From assembly GCF_003018255.1 (NCBI RefSeq), contig NZ_CP027440.1: 64,000 bases of DNA, one strand, 5' to 3'. The notes beneath the pieces are model-generated. The model ran no database searches and was not told the DNA's origin. It worked only from the letters and a program-made list of their open reading frames with translations. The translations under genes were made by a program, and so were the position numbers. This document shows positions 41,285 through 56,464 of this stretch, piece after piece. The first letter of the stretch is position 1; every line of letters starts with the position of its first letter. Source of the DNA: Escherichia coli (GTDB lineage Bacteria; Pseudomonadota; Gammaproteobacteria; Enterobacterales; Enterobacteriaceae).

Positions 41285-43570
41285 ATGAATCAGAATCTGC
41301 TGGTGACAAAGCGCGACGGTAGCACAGAGCGCATCAATCTCGACAAAATCCATCGCGTTCTGGATTGGGCGGCAGAAGGACTGCATAACGTTTCGATTTC
41401 CCAGGTCGAACTGCGCTCCCACATTCAGTTTTATGACGGTATCAAGACCTCTGACATCCACGAAACCATTATCAAGGCTGCCGCAGACCTGATCTCCCGT
41501 GATGCGCCGGATTATCAGTATCTCGCCGCGCGCCTGGCGATCTTCCACCTGCGTAAAAAAGCCTACGGCCAGTTTGAGCCGCCTGCGCTGTACGACCACG
41601 TGGTGAAAATGGTCGAGATGGGCAAATACGATAATCATCTGCTGGAAGACTACACGGAAGAAGAGTTCAAGCAGATGGACACGTTTATCGATCACGACCG
41701 TGATATGACCTTCTCTTATGCTGCCGTTAAGCAGCTGGAAGGCAAATATCTGGTACAGAACCGCGTGACCGGCGAAATCTACGAAAGCGCCCAGTTCCTT
41801 TATATTCTGGTTGCCGCGTGCCTGTTCTCGAACTACCCGCGTGAAACGCGCCTGCAATACGTGAAGCGTTTTTACGACGCGGTTTCCACATTTAAAATTT
41901 CGCTGCCGACGCCAATCATGTCCGGCGTGCGTACCCCGACTCGTCAGTTCAGCTCCTGCGTACTGATCGAGTGCGGCGACAGCCTGGATTCCATCAACGC
42001 CACCTCCAGCGCGATTGTTAAATACGTTTCCCAGCGTGCCGGGATCGGCATCAACGCCGGGCGTATTCGTGCGTTGGGTAGCCCGATTCGCGGTGGCGAA
42101 GCATTCCACACCGGCTGTATTCCGTTTTACAAACATTTCCAGACAGCGGTGAAATCCTGCTCTCAGGGCGGTGTGCGCGGCGGTGCGGCAACACTGTTCT
42201 ACCCGATGTGGCATCTGGAAGTGGAAAGCCTGCTGGTGTTGAAAAACAACCGTGGGGTTGAAGGCAACCGCGTGCGTCATATGGACTACGGGGTACAAAT
42301 CAACAAACTGATGTATACCCGTCTGCTGAAAGGTGAAGATATCACCCTGTTCAGCCCGTCCGACGTACCGGGGCTGTACGACGCGTTCTTCGCCGATCAG
42401 GAAGAGTTTGAACGCCTGTACACCAAATATGAGAAAGACGACAGCATCCGCAAGCAGCGTGTGAAAGCCGTTGAGCTGTTCTCGCTGATGATGCAGGAAC
42501 GTGCGTCTACCGGTCGTATCTATATTCAGAACGTAGACCACTGCAACACCCACAGCCCGTTTGATCCGGCTATTGCACCAGTGCGCCAGTCTAACCTGTG
42601 CCTGGAAATCGCCCTACCGACCAAACCACTGAACGACGTCAACGACGAGAACGGTGAAATCGCGCTGTGTACGCTTTCTGCTTTCAACCTGGGCGCAATT
42701 AACAGCCTGGATGAACTGGAAGAGCTGGCAATTCTGGCGGTTCGCGCACTCGACGCACTGCTGGATTATCAGGATTACCCGATCCCGGCCGCTAAACGTG
42801 GAGCGATGGGGCGTCGTACGCTGGGTATTGGTGTGATCAACTTCGCTTACTACCTGGCGAAGCACGGTAAACGCTACTCCGACGGCAGCGCCAACAACCT
42901 GACGCATAAAACCTTCGAAGCCATTCAGTATTACCTGCTGAAAGCGTCTAATGAGCTGGCGAAAGAGCAAGGCGCGTGCCCGTGGTTTAACGAAACCACT
43001 TACGCGAAAGGGATCCTGCCGATCGATACCTATAAGAAAGATCTGGATGCCATCGCTAATGAGCCGCTGCATTACGACTGGGAAGCACTGCGTGAGTCAA
43101 TCAAAACGCACGGCCTGCGTAACTCCACGCTTTCTGCTCTGATGCCGTCAGAGACCTCTTCGCAGATCTCTAACGCCACTAACGGTATTGAACCGCCGCG
43201 TGGTTACGTCAGCATCAAAGCGTCGAAAGACGGTATTCTGCGCCAGGTGGTGCCGGACTACGAGCATCTGCACGACGCCTATGAACTGCTGTGGGAAATG
43301 CCGGGTAACGATGGCTATCTGCAACTGGTGGGTATCATGCAGAAATTTATCGATCAGTCGATCTCTGCTAACACCAACTACGATCCGTCACGCTTCCCGT
43401 CAGGAAAAGTGCCGATGCAGCAACTGCTGAAAGACCTGCTCACCGCCTACAAATTCGGGGTCAAAACGCTGTATTATCAGAACACCCGTGACGGTGCTGA
43501 AGACGCACAAGACGATCTGGTACCGTCAATCCAGGACGATGGCTGCGAAAGCGGCGCATGTAAGATCTGA
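41285..43570 (+). CDS. nrdA: Ribonucleoside-diphosphate reductase 1, alpha subunit
   Basis: 761-aa ORF beginning [26 protein letters not shown] (ATP-cone), with the class I RNR catalytic core. Confidence 0.95.
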
Positions 43571-43635
43571 TATTGAGATGCCGGATGCGGCGTAAAATGC
43601 CTTATCCGGCATTAAACTCCCAACAGGACACATTC

Positions 43636-44766
43636 ATGGCATATACCACCTTTTCACAGACGAAAAATGATCAGCTGAAAGAACCGATGTTCTTTGGTCA
43701 GCCGGTTAACGTGGCTCGCTACGATCAGCAAAAATATGACATCTTCGAAAAGCTGATCGAAAAGCAGCTCTCTTTCTTCTGGCGTCCGGAAGAAGTTGAC
43801 GTTTCTCGTGACCGTATCGATTACCAGGCACTACCTGAACACGAAAAACACATCTTTATCAGCAACCTGAAATATCAGACGCTGCTGGACTCCATTCAGG
43901 GTCGCAGCCCGAACGTGGCACTGCTGCCGCTGATCTCGATCCCTGAGCTGGAAACCTGGGTCGAAACCTGGGCGTTCTCAGAAACCATTCACTCTCGTTC
44001 TTATACCCATATCATTCGTAATATCGTTAACGATCCGTCTGTTGTGTTTGACGATATCGTCACCAACGAGCAGATCCAGAAACGTGCGGAAGGGATCTCC
44101 AGCTATTACGATGAGCTGATCGAAATGACCAGCTACTGGCATCTGCTGGGCGAAGGTACCCACACCGTTAACGGTAAAACCGTAACCGTTAGCCTGCGCG
44201 AGCTGAAGAAAAAACTGTATCTCTGCCTGATGAGCGTTAACGCGCTGGAAGCGATCCGCTTCTACGTCAGCTTTGCTTGTTCCTTTGCCTTTGCAGAACG
44301 CGAACTGATGGAAGGTAACGCCAAAATTATTCGCCTGATTGCCCGCGATGAAGCCCTGCACCTGACCGGTACTCAGCATATGCTGAATCTGCTGCGCAGC
44401 GGCGCGGATGATCCGGAGATGGCGGAAATTGCCGAAGAATGTAAGCAGGAGTGCTATGACCTGTTTGTCCAGGCGGCACAGCAAGAGAAAGACTGGGCGG
44501 ATTATCTGTTCCGTGACGGTTCGATGATTGGTCTGAATAAAGACATTCTCTGCCAGTACGTTGAATACATCACCAATATCCGCATGCAGGCAGTCGGTTT
44601 GGATCTGCCGTTCCAGACACGCTCCAACCCGATCCCGTGGATCAATACCTGGCTGGTGTCTGATAACGTGCAGGTTGCTCCGCAGGAAGTGGAAGTCAGT
44701 TCTTATCTGGTCGGGCAGATTGACTCGGAAGTGGACACCGACGATTTGAGTAACTTCCAGCTCTGA
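43636..44766 (+). CDS. nrdB: Ribonucleoside-diphosphate reductase 1, beta subunit
   Basis: Start set at [13 protein letters not shown] (376 aa); di-iron/tyrosyl-radical subunit; REP-like palindrome in the nrdA-nrdB spacer. Confidence 0.93.
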
Positions 44767-45020
44767 TGGCTCGCGTTACCCTGCGCATCACTGGCACACA
44801 ACTGCTGTGCCAGGATGAACACCCTTCCCTTCTGGCGGCGCTGGAATCCCACAATGTGGCGGTTGAGTACCAGTGCCGCGAAGGTTACTGCGGTTCCTGT
44901 CGCACGCGCCTTGTTGCAGGCCAGGTGGACTGGATTGCCGAACCGTTAGCCTTTATTCAGCCGGGGGAAATTTTGCCCTGTTGTTGCCGGGCAAAAGGCG
45001 ATATTGAAATCGAGTTGTGA
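44766..45020 (+). CDS. yfaE: YfaE, 2Fe-2S ferredoxin associated with NrdB
   Basis: 84-aa ORF with a plant-type ferredoxin Cys pattern (CREGYCGSC...CCC); start overlaps nrdB stop. Confidence 0.88.
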   Translation: MARVTLRITGTQLLCQDEHPSLLAALESHNVAVEYQCREGYCGSCRTRLVAGQVDWIAEPLAFIQPGEILPCCCRAKGDIEIEL

Positions 45021-45025
45021 TCGGG

Positions 45026-45073
45026 TACTAGCGCCAGATACGACGCTTACGCGTATTATCTGGCCTACAACGA
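45026..45073. repeat. REP-type palindrome between yfaE and inaA
   Basis: CGCCAGATACGACGCTTACGCGTATTATCTGGCCTAC. Confidence 0.55.
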
Positions 45074-45724
45074 TTACATGGCGTAGTAATACGCTTTCAC
45101 CTGCTCCCAGTCCGCTTTAGGGATCGGCTCCAGATATTTTTCCAGCTGGCGGAAGTCATGATTAATCGCTTTATCGCGACGCAAGCGGCGACGACTTTTC
45201 TCCAGATCAAGAAAACCAGCTTCTGACTTACCTTCTGTTTTCACATAGATATGGCGAACATAGCAACAGCCATGCTGACGATTAACGCTATGCATTTTCT
45301 TAAACGCCAGCGCCACTGCTTTCAACATGGCTTGCCGTACTTCGTCAGAATAGGGCGTTACTGCATGCTGGGCATACCAGTCAGCAATGCTGATGAACCC
45401 CGCCATATCTTCAGTCACCAGCAACGCGCGCCATTCCCCCTCAATTTTCACCGCTTCACCAAAAACGATCTTCGGCACGATGACACCGGCCCGTTCCAGT
45501 TCTTTAATTACCGCAACCTCACGGACAATCGTTGGTCGGCCGAACGGATAACGTACGGAATGAAACAGATGATGCGTCATGCGCTTTACATATAGCTTTT
45601 TGCCGTTGCGCTCGACGCATTGCACCCCGCTCATACCATTACGGCGATAGTTAGGCTCTTCAACCCAGTCGCCCTCTGTTGCCCACCAGTGATTAAATTC
45701 GTCGTGCTTTGCTGAAACTGCCAT
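45074..45724 (-). CDS. inaA: InaA, acid-inducible Kdo/WaaP-family kinase-like protein
   Basis: 216-aa ORF recognised as InaA. Confidence 0.85.
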   Translation of the reverse strand: MAVSAKHDEFNHWWATEGDWVEEPNYRRNGMSGVQCVERNGKKLYVKRMTHHLFHSVRYPFGRPTIVREVAVIKELERAGVIVPKIVFGEAVKIEGEWRALLVTEDMAGFISIADWYAQHAVTPYSDEVRQAMLKAVALAFKKMHSVNRQHGCCYVRHIYVKTEGKSEAGFLDLEKSRRRLRRDKAINHDFRQLEKYLEPIPKADWEQVKAYYYAM

Positions 45725-45926
45725 ACCCTATCGCCTGTCGTTTTTTATTAACGACAATGACTATAGATGTTTAGCTGAGGAAAATCTTAATAATACGTGT
45801 TGTATTGACGAGTATCTTATGCCGGGAACAAGTCATCTCGCTCAAAATAATTGCAATTAAGGATAACCCACAGACTTTAATGAAGAGTGGTATCGGATAG
45901 CACATAAGTGCCATCCGGTAGTTAAT

Positions 45927-47003
45927 TTACTCTTTATTAAGAAATTTTACTGCCTTATCAGGGAAATCAGTAAATAGCCCATTTACACCCGCTTTGTTAT
46001 ACAGAGCATCATATAACTGATTCACATCAGTAGTGTATTCAGGCAGTTTATCTGACCGCACGGTATAAGGATGCACTACCAGCTTGTTCTGCTGAGCATC
46101 TTGCACCATGCCAGTGAGTTTGATATTACCCGGCTGCGATGTCTCCTCAATCAACATATGGTAATCCGGACCAATACCATCTGCATATTCCGCCACCTGT
46201 TTCATGGCTCCCGGCTTAAACATCCAGTCGTAGTTGTAATTAACCCAGCTTCCGTCCGGCTGTTTCTGCTGCGTTTCATTCCAGTCGGTATAGGCAATCA
46301 GCTGTACCAGATTGAGGTCCATGCCCATTTTAGGTTCCAGCTCATTCTTAATACGCTTCAGTTCATCGGCATCAAAACATTGCAAATAAACTTTGTCGTC
46401 CTTACCGCTGTAACCATATTTCTTCAGCACTTCCAGCGTTTTTGCCGCAATATCCTTCCCTTCCTGATGATGGAACCACGGCGCTTTAATTTCTGGATAG
46501 ATACCGATATTTTTCCCGGTAGAGTGATTTAACCCCTGAACAAATTCAATCTCTTCTTCGAAAGTGTGTACCCGGAAGTCAGATTTACCCATCGGGAAAC
46601 GGCCCGGATAAGTCTGTACTTTCTTACCGTTTTCAATATCGAAACCTTCGGTAAATTTCAGTGACTTAATTTCATCGAGCGTGAAATCTATCGCGTAGTA
46701 ACGACCGTCTTTGCGCGCCCGATCCGGGAAACGATCGGCAACATCAGTAACACGATCGAGATAATGGTCATGCAGGACAACCAGATGGTCGTCCTTCGTC
46801 ATCACCAAATCCTGTTCCAGATAATCCGCTCCCTGCGCATACGCCATCGCTTTTGCTGGCAGCGTATGCTCCGGCAAATATCCACTGGCACCGCGATGGG
46901 CGATGACTATTTTTTCGTTGCTGTCCGCCGCCATTGCACTACTTCCCATGACCATAGTGCTCATCATGATCGCCATGCTAAGGTTTTTCAGCGTCAATTT
47001 CAT
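45927..47003 (-). CDS. glpQ: Periplasmic glycerophosphodiester phosphodiesterase
   Basis: Start set at MKLTLKNLSMAIMM (358 aa, signal peptide) inside the 377-codon ORF; HRG catalytic motif (IAHRGASGYLPEHT). Confidence 0.9.
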   Translation of the reverse strand: MKLTLKNLSMAIMMSTMVMGSSAMAADSNEKIVIAHRGASGYLPEHTLPAKAMAYAQGADYLEQDLVMTKDDHLVVLHDHYLDRVTDVADRFPDRARKDGRYYAIDFTLDEIKSLKFTEGFDIENGKKVQTYPGRFPMGKSDFRVHTFEEEIEFVQGLNHSTGKNIGIYPEIKAPWFHHQEGKDIAAKTLEVLKKYGYSGKDDKVYLQCFDADELKRIKNELEPKMGMDLNLVQLIAYTDWNETQQKQPDGSWVNYNYDWMFKPGAMKQVAEYADGIGPDYHMLIEETSQPGNIKLTGMVQDAQQNKLVVHPYTVRSDKLPEYTTDVNQLYDALYNKAGVNGLFTDFPDKAVKFLNKE

Positions 47004-47007
47004 GCCA

Positions 47008-48366
47008 TTAGCCTCCGTTGCGTTTTTGCAGTAATTCCTGATGGCGACGTTTTTCGCCAATCATCACAACAATCAACAAGATAACCGCGAGAATGCTGCC
47101 GCCAATCATTACCATAAAGCCGCCATCCCAGCCGAAGAAGTCCACGGTGTAGCCAACAATCGCGCTCGCCGCCACCGAACCGCCCAGGTAACCAAACAGC
47201 CCGGTAAAGCCCGCTGCCGTACCTGCCGCTTTTTTCGGTGCCAGTTCCAGCGCATGCAGACCGATCAACATCACAGGACCGTAAATCAGGAAGCCGATAA
47301 CAATCATACAGATCATATCGACGTTCGGATTGCCCGCCGGGTTCATCCAGTAAACGATAGTCGCGATGGTCACCAGTGTCATAAAGAAGACGCCGGTGGC
47401 CCCACGGTTGCCACGGAAGACTTTATCCGACATCCAGCCGCACAGCAGGGTGCCCGGAATGCCCGCATACTCATAGAAGAAGTAGGCCCAGGAGGATTTA
47501 TCCAGCGCGAAGTGTTTCACCTCTTTCAGATAAGTCGGTGACCAGTCGAGGATGCCGTAACGCAGCAGATAAACGAACACGTTGGCGATAGCGATGTACC
47601 ACAGCAATTTGTTCGGCAGCACGTACTGCATGAAGATTTGCTTCGCAGTCAGCTCCTGTTCCGCTTTTTCGTTATAGTCGTCCGGATAATCATTTTTGTA
47701 CTCTTCGATCGGCGGCAGGCCACAAGATTGCGGGGTATCGCGCATCATCGCAAAGGCGAACAGTGCCACCAGAATGGCGCAGAAAGCGGGCATATAGAGC
47801 GCCGCGTGCCAGTCATTGAACCAGGCCATCCCCAGCAGGAACAGCAGCGGCGGAATACCACCACCGACGTTGTGCGCACAGTTCCACACTGACACAATGC
47901 CGCCACGTTCTTTCTGCGACCACCAGTGCACCATAGTACGACCACACGGCGGCCACCCCATCCCCTGGAACCAACCGCAGAGGAACAACAGTACAAACAT
48001 CACCGCAATGCTCGACGTCGCCCACGGCACAAAGCCCATAAACAACATCACTGCCGCCGCCAGAATCAAACCTGCGGGCAGGAAAACGCGCGGATTCGAG
48101 CGATCCGACACCGAGCCCATGATGAATTTCGAAAATCCATAAGCGATCGAGATCCCAGAAAGCGCGAAACCTAAATCACCGCGTGAGAATCCCTGCTCGA
48201 CCAGGTAAGGCATAGCAAGCGCAAAGTTCTTACGAACCAAATAGTAAGCAGCATAGCCAAAGAATATCCCCAGGAAAATTTGCCAGCGCAATCGACGATA
48301 AGTCGGATCGATCTCCGCGGCAGGTAAGCGCGCTTTGTGTGGCGCTGGTTTAAAAATACTCAACAT
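47008..48366 (-). CDS. glpT: Glycerol-3-phosphate:phosphate antiporter (MFS); apparently intact
   Basis: 452-aa 12-TM MFS protein recognised as GlpT; first gene of glpTQ. Confidence 0.93.
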   Translation of the reverse strand: MLSIFKPAPHKARLPAAEIDPTYRRLRWQIFLGIFFGYAAYYLVRKNFALAMPYLVEQGFSRGDLGFALSGISIAYGFSKFIMGSVSDRSNPRVFLPAGLILAAAVMLFMGFVPWATSSIAVMFVLLFLCGWFQGMGWPPCGRTMVHWWSQKERGGIVSVWNCAHNVGGGIPPLLFLLGMAWFNDWHAALYMPAFCAILVALFAFAMMRDTPQSCGLPPIEEYKNDYPDDYNEKAEQELTAKQIFMQYVLPNKLLWYIAIANVFVYLLRYGILDWSPTYLKEVKHFALDKSSWAYFFYEYAGIPGTLLCGWMSDKVFRGNRGATGVFFMTLVTIATIVYWMNPAGNPNVDMICMIVIGFLIYGPVMLIGLHALELAPKKAAGTAAGFTGLFGYLGGSVAASAIVGYTVDFFGWDGGFMVMIGGSILAVILLIVVMIGEKRRHQELLQKRNGG

Positions 48367-48638
48367 TGATAGCCTCCGTGGCCCGTGGTCTTATTTATGA
48401 TTAACAGCCTGATTCAGTGGGAGAACCTGCCGTTTCTTGAGTTGCCGCGATGTTAAGAAAACATTCATAAATTAAATGTGAATTACCGCACACATTATTA
48501 AATACGATGGTTTAAATGTTCAGAATGACGCATGAAATCACGTTTCACTTTCGAATTGTGAGCGAATATGCGCGAAATCAAACAATTCATGTTTTTACTA
48601 TGGCTAAATGGTAAAAAACGAACTTCAGAGGGATAACA
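48367..48638. promoter_or_regulatory. Divergent glpTQ / glpACB control region (candidate CRP and GlpR operator sites)
   Basis: AT-rich 272-bp spacer between divergent operons with CRP-like TGTGA-N6-GCACA and several AATGTTC/GAACTT motifs resembling GlpR operator half-sites; individual sites not resolved. Confidence 0.5.
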
Positions 48639-52703
<4,065 letters not shown>

Positions 52704-52717
52704 AACTCCCATCTGAT

Positions 52718-52749
52718 GCCCGGTAAGCATGTTGTTACCGGGCATTTTT
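52718..52749 (+). terminator. Rho-independent terminator after glpC
   Basis: Hairpin GCCCGGTAA-N8-TTACCGGGC followed by ATTTTT. Confidence 0.75.
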
Positions 52750-52896
52750 GCGTCCACGATTCCGCGCTCAATGTATACGTTGCAACGCAGTGAAAATTCC
52801 TCTGAAAACGTCTCGCAAAGGCTGAAACTGGCAGATGTCAAAGGCCTGGGATAACCGTAATGTCGCGTTATCATAAATATCAGGTGACGGACAACC

Positions 52897-53856
52897 ATGA
52901 CCGAATCAACAACCTCCTCCCCGCATGATGCGGTATTTAAAACCTTTATGTTCTCGCCCGATACGGCGCGAGATTTTCTCGAAATACATCTGCCAGAGCC
53001 GCTGCGCAAGCTTTGCAACCTGCAAACCTTACGCCTGGAACCCACCAGCTTTATTGAAAAAAGTTTACGCGCTTACTACTAGGATGTTTTGTGGTCGGTG
53101 GAAACCAGCGACGGTGACGGCTATATCTACTGCGTGATTGAACATCAAAGTTCTGCAGAAAAGAATATGGCTTTTCGACTAATGCGCTATGCCACTGCCG
53201 CCATGCAACGTCACCTGGATAAAGGCTATGACAGAGTTCCGCTGGTGGTGCCATTGCTGTTTTATCATGGCGAAACCTCGCCCTACCCGTACTCACTCAA
53301 CTGGCTGGATGAGTTTGACGATCCGCAACTTGCCCGGCAGTTGTACACCGAAGCTTTTCCGTTGGTGGATATCACCATCGTACCTGACGATGAGATCATG
53401 CAACATCGGCGTATAGCTCTGCTGGAACTGATTCAAAAGCATATTCGCGACCGCGATTTAATCGGTATGGTCGACAGGATCACCACGCTTTTGGTTAGAG
53501 GCTTCACTAATGACAGCCAGCTACAAACGCTGTTTAATTATCTGCTGCAATGCGGCGATACCTCCCGTTTCACCCGCTTTATTCAGGAGATTGCCGAACG
53601 TTCACCACTACAAAAGGAGAGATTAATGACTATTGCTGAACGGCTACGGCAGGAAGGACATCAAATTGGCTGGCAGGAAGGTAAATTAGAAGGCTGGCAG
53701 GAGGGGAAATTGGAGGGTTTGCAGAAAGGCAAAGTAGAAGGTATGCATGAACAAGCCATTAAAATTGCCTTGCGCATGCTGGAACAGGGCTTTGAACGTG
53801 AGATTGTGCTGGCGACAACCCAACTCACTGATGCTGATATTCCGAACGGTCATTAA
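52897..53856 (+). pseudogene. yfaD: yfaD/rpnE, Rpn-family (transposase_31 / PD-(D/E)XK) nuclease gene interrupted by one in-frame TAG at 53080-53082
   Basis: 61-codon ORF ([17 protein letters not shown]...LRAYY*) and the following 255-codon ORF (from TTG 53089, [21 protein letters not shown]...) are in the same frame, separated only by a TAG. Confidence 0.6.
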
Positions 53857-53868
53857 AAGGAGAGATTA

Positions 53869-54042
53869 ATGACTATTGCTGAACGGCTACGGCAGGAAGG
53901 ACATCAAATTGGCTGGCAGGAAGGCATGCATGAACAAGCCATTAAAATTGCTTTGCGCATGCTGGAGCAGGGCATTGATCGTGATCAGGTGCTCGCGGCC
54001 ACTCAGCTAAGCGAAGCCGATCTGGCAGCGAATAACCACTAA
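53869..54042 (+). CDS. ypaA: YpaA, small Rpn C-terminal-domain paralogue (tandem partial copy of the yfaD 3' end)
   Basis: 57-codon [38 protein letters not shown]...; about 70 nt including the AAGGAGAGATTAATG leader are identical to 53613-53680 inside yfaD. Below the 60-aa cutoff of the ORF track. Confidence 0.65.
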   Translation: MTIAERLRQEGHQIGWQEGMHEQAIKIALRMLEQGIDRDQVLAATQLSEADLAANNH

Positions 54043-54051
54043 TTAACACAG

Positions 54052-54080
54052 GCCCACAGCCGATCCCCATGGGCCTTTGA
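54052..54080. terminator. Candidate bidirectional terminator between ypaA and rhmA
   Basis: Hairpin AGGCCCA-N13-TGGGCCT followed by TTTGATATCAA, between convergent genes. Confidence 0.45.
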
Positions 54081-54082
54081 TA

Positions 54083-54886
54083 TCAATAACTACCTTTTAC
54101 GCGTGGCCCATTTTTGCCTGATTTAAACATCGCCAGTCGTTGATCCAGGGCATCGCTGTAGAGCATCGTGTCAACGCCAACAGCGACAAAGTTCGCTCCC
54201 CACGCCAGGCATTGCTGCGCCATATCAGGAGCCACAGCCAGAAAACCAGCCGCTTTACCCGCAGCACGGATCCGCCGAATGCTGGTTTCAATAATTCGCT
54301 GCACTTCCGGGTGCCCGGCGTTATCCGGGTAGCCCAACGACGCAGAAAGATCCGCAGGTCCAATAAACACGCCATCAATCCCTTCAACATCGAGGATTTC
54401 GTCCAGGTTATCCAGTGCCGTTTTACTTTCCACCTGCACCAACAGACAAAGCGAATCGTTGACTTGCGCCATGTAATTCTCAATGCGTCCCCAGCGCGCA
54501 GCCCGTGCCACACTGGCCCCAACACCACGCTCACCGTAGGGAGGATAGCGCGTGGCAGACACCACCTGACGTGCCTGATCGGCAGTATCGACCATTGGGA
54601 TCAGTAGAGTTTGCGCGCCAATATCCAGGACTTGTTTAATCAGCGGCTTACTGCCTTCCACCGGACGGATCACGGGGTGGCTGGCATAGGGCGCTACCGC
54701 CTGTAGCTGGTGATAAAGATCCTGAATGGTGTTTGGCGCATGCTCCCCGTCAATCAGCAACCAGTCATAACCGGAAGTGGCGGCAATTTCTGCCATATAG
54801 GCAGTCGTTGAGCTTAACCACAGACCAATTTGCACTTCGCCCTTGCGTAAACGTTCTTTAAAGGGATTGGTTAATAATGCGTTCAT
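54083..54886 (-). CDS. rhmA: 2-keto-3-deoxy-L-rhamnonate aldolase
   Basis: 267-aa HpcH/HpaI-family aldolase ORF recognised as RhmA (YfaU). Confidence 0.88.
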   Translation of the reverse strand: MNALLTNPFKERLRKGEVQIGLWLSSTTAYMAEIAATSGYDWLLIDGEHAPNTIQDLYHQLQAVAPYASHPVIRPVEGSKPLIKQVLDIGAQTLLIPMVDTADQARQVVSATRYPPYGERGVGASVARAARWGRIENYMAQVNDSLCLLVQVESKTALDNLDEILDVEGIDGVFIGPADLSASLGYPDNAGHPEVQRIIETSIRRIRAAGKAAGFLAVAPDMAQQCLAWGANFVAVGVDTMLYSDALDQRLAMFKSGKNGPRVKGSY

Positions 54887-54902
54887 CGTGTTCCTTAACT
54901 AT

Positions 54903-56039
54903 TTAATGATGTGCCACGTCGGTCTGCGCAACAGTGCGATTTACACGCAGAGTGAAAATAATCAGCGAACCGATGACCGCCACCGCTGCCAGCGTCAGTA
55001 ATCCCGCCGCATCGCTGGAAAATAACGTTTCTGCTTTCACGCGCAGGATCGGGGCAATAAACCCGCCCACTGCACCAAACAGGTTTATAAAACCAATCCC
55101 CGCAGCCAGCGCCGTACCGGAAAGAAGCTGTGTCGGCATCGTCCAGAACACTGGCTGTACGGCAATAAACCCGATGGCTGCAACACACAGCGCAACGATC
55201 GCCAGTAATGTCAGCGCCGCGACATTACGCCGCTCGCCGGTTTTATCGGAATAGCGCGGAATAAGCCAGGTCCCAAACAAGGCCGCGACCCACGGAATGG
55301 CGGTGACCACCGACGCCGTAAAGCCCACTTTTGTCCCCAACAATGCAGCAACCTGCGTCGGCAGGAAGAAAATTAATCCGTAAACCGCCACCTGAATGGT
55401 CAGGTAGATAATCGCCAGTTGCCAGACTCGGCCATTACGCAGCGCATCGCTCAATCGAGAAGTCACTTTCTGTTGTTCTTCACTTGCCAGTTGGTTGATA
55501 AGCAACGTTTTTTCTTCTTTACTCAGAAAACGTGCCTGCTCCGGCGTGTCATCAAGCCAAAAGAATGTGAATACCCCAGCGCCGACTGCCAGCAATCCTT
55601 CAATCACAAACATCCAGAACCAGCCGGGATGCCCCATAAATCCATGCATCTCCAGCAGCGCGCCGGAAAGCGGTGATCCCAGTGTTAACGCCAACGGTGC
55701 GCCCATATAGAACAGCCCCATAATGCTGGCGCGATTACGCTGCGGAAACCATTGCGAGGTGAGATAAATCATACCAGGGAAGAACCCGGCCTCCGCAGCA
55801 CCAAGCAGAGTACGAACGATCAGAAATTTCGCTTCAGTATCGGCCCATGCCATGGCTGCCGAAAGAAATCCCCACAGCAGTGTTGTCGTACCAATCCAGG
55901 TTCTTGCCCCCAGTTTGCGCATCAAAAGATTCGCCGGAACACCCAGAAACGCATATACCACAAAGAAAATGCCTGCTCCCAGACCAGCCCTTCGATAATA
56001 CTTTGCTGTACAGCTGCAGGTTGCCAGGCAAGCAGGCAT
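54903..56039 (-). pseudogene. rhmT: rhmT (yfaV) L-rhamnonate MFS transporter, 5'-truncated remnant
   Basis: 378-codon ORF is MFS-like from GAGIFFVVYAFLGVP onward, but the first ~20 codons are non-hydrophobic and overlap the rhmR remnant; the expected first TM helix is absent. Confidence 0.65.
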
Positions 56040-56464
56040 TTACCTATTCCGGAGCGATAAAGCGAAAGGCTTTTTCCTTCATGGGAACGCACGCTGATAG
56101 TGGCTGATGACTCCACTTTCAAAATGTAATAAGCGCTGCCGTTATCAATAATCCCCAGGTGACATAACAGCCCAGTGGTATCCATCAGTTGCGTCAAACG
56201 CGGTCGAGCCAGTTCCCGGAGATCCATCTTGCTTAACGCATGACCGGAAAGCTCCACCAGCCTGGTCCACAAACAAAAATTTTCCTGGTGATCAAGGCTA
56301 AGAAAACGCTGACGCCTGAGTTCATTAAGCAGCAAATAGGCCGTGCTTTTAGGGATCCCCAATGTGTCAATGATCGTCGCAGCACTACAGGGGCCAATGC
56401 GGGCAATCAAATTGAGAATATCAATAGCCCGTGTCAGGGCGGGAACTTTGCTTGATTCCAACAT
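55922..56464 (-). pseudogene. rhmR: rhmR (yfaX) IclR-family regulator, 3'-truncated remnant
   Basis: 180-codon ORF has an intact IclR-type HTH (TRAIDILNLIARIGPCSAATIIDTLGIPKSTAYLLLNEL) but ends after a partial effector domain with an out-of-frame tail (FSLWYMRFWVFRRIF) that is rhmT sequence read in another frame. Confidence 0.65.

Noticed and set aside
41195-42553. 452-codon ORF on the - strand
   Set aside because: Antisense to nrdA, whose identity is secure; no independent protein-like features.
45725-45926. Possible yfaH-like pseudogene fragment between inaA and glpQ
   Set aside because: I recall a small pseudogene annotated here in K-12 but cannot recognise any coding signal in this 200-bp spacer by eye; not reportable without an alignment.
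52897-53856. yfaD as a mobile element (transposase_31 family)
   Set aside because: Despite the family name, Rpn proteins are chromosomal nucleases; there are no terminal inverted repeats, target-site duplications or IS-like boundaries, so no mobile element is called.
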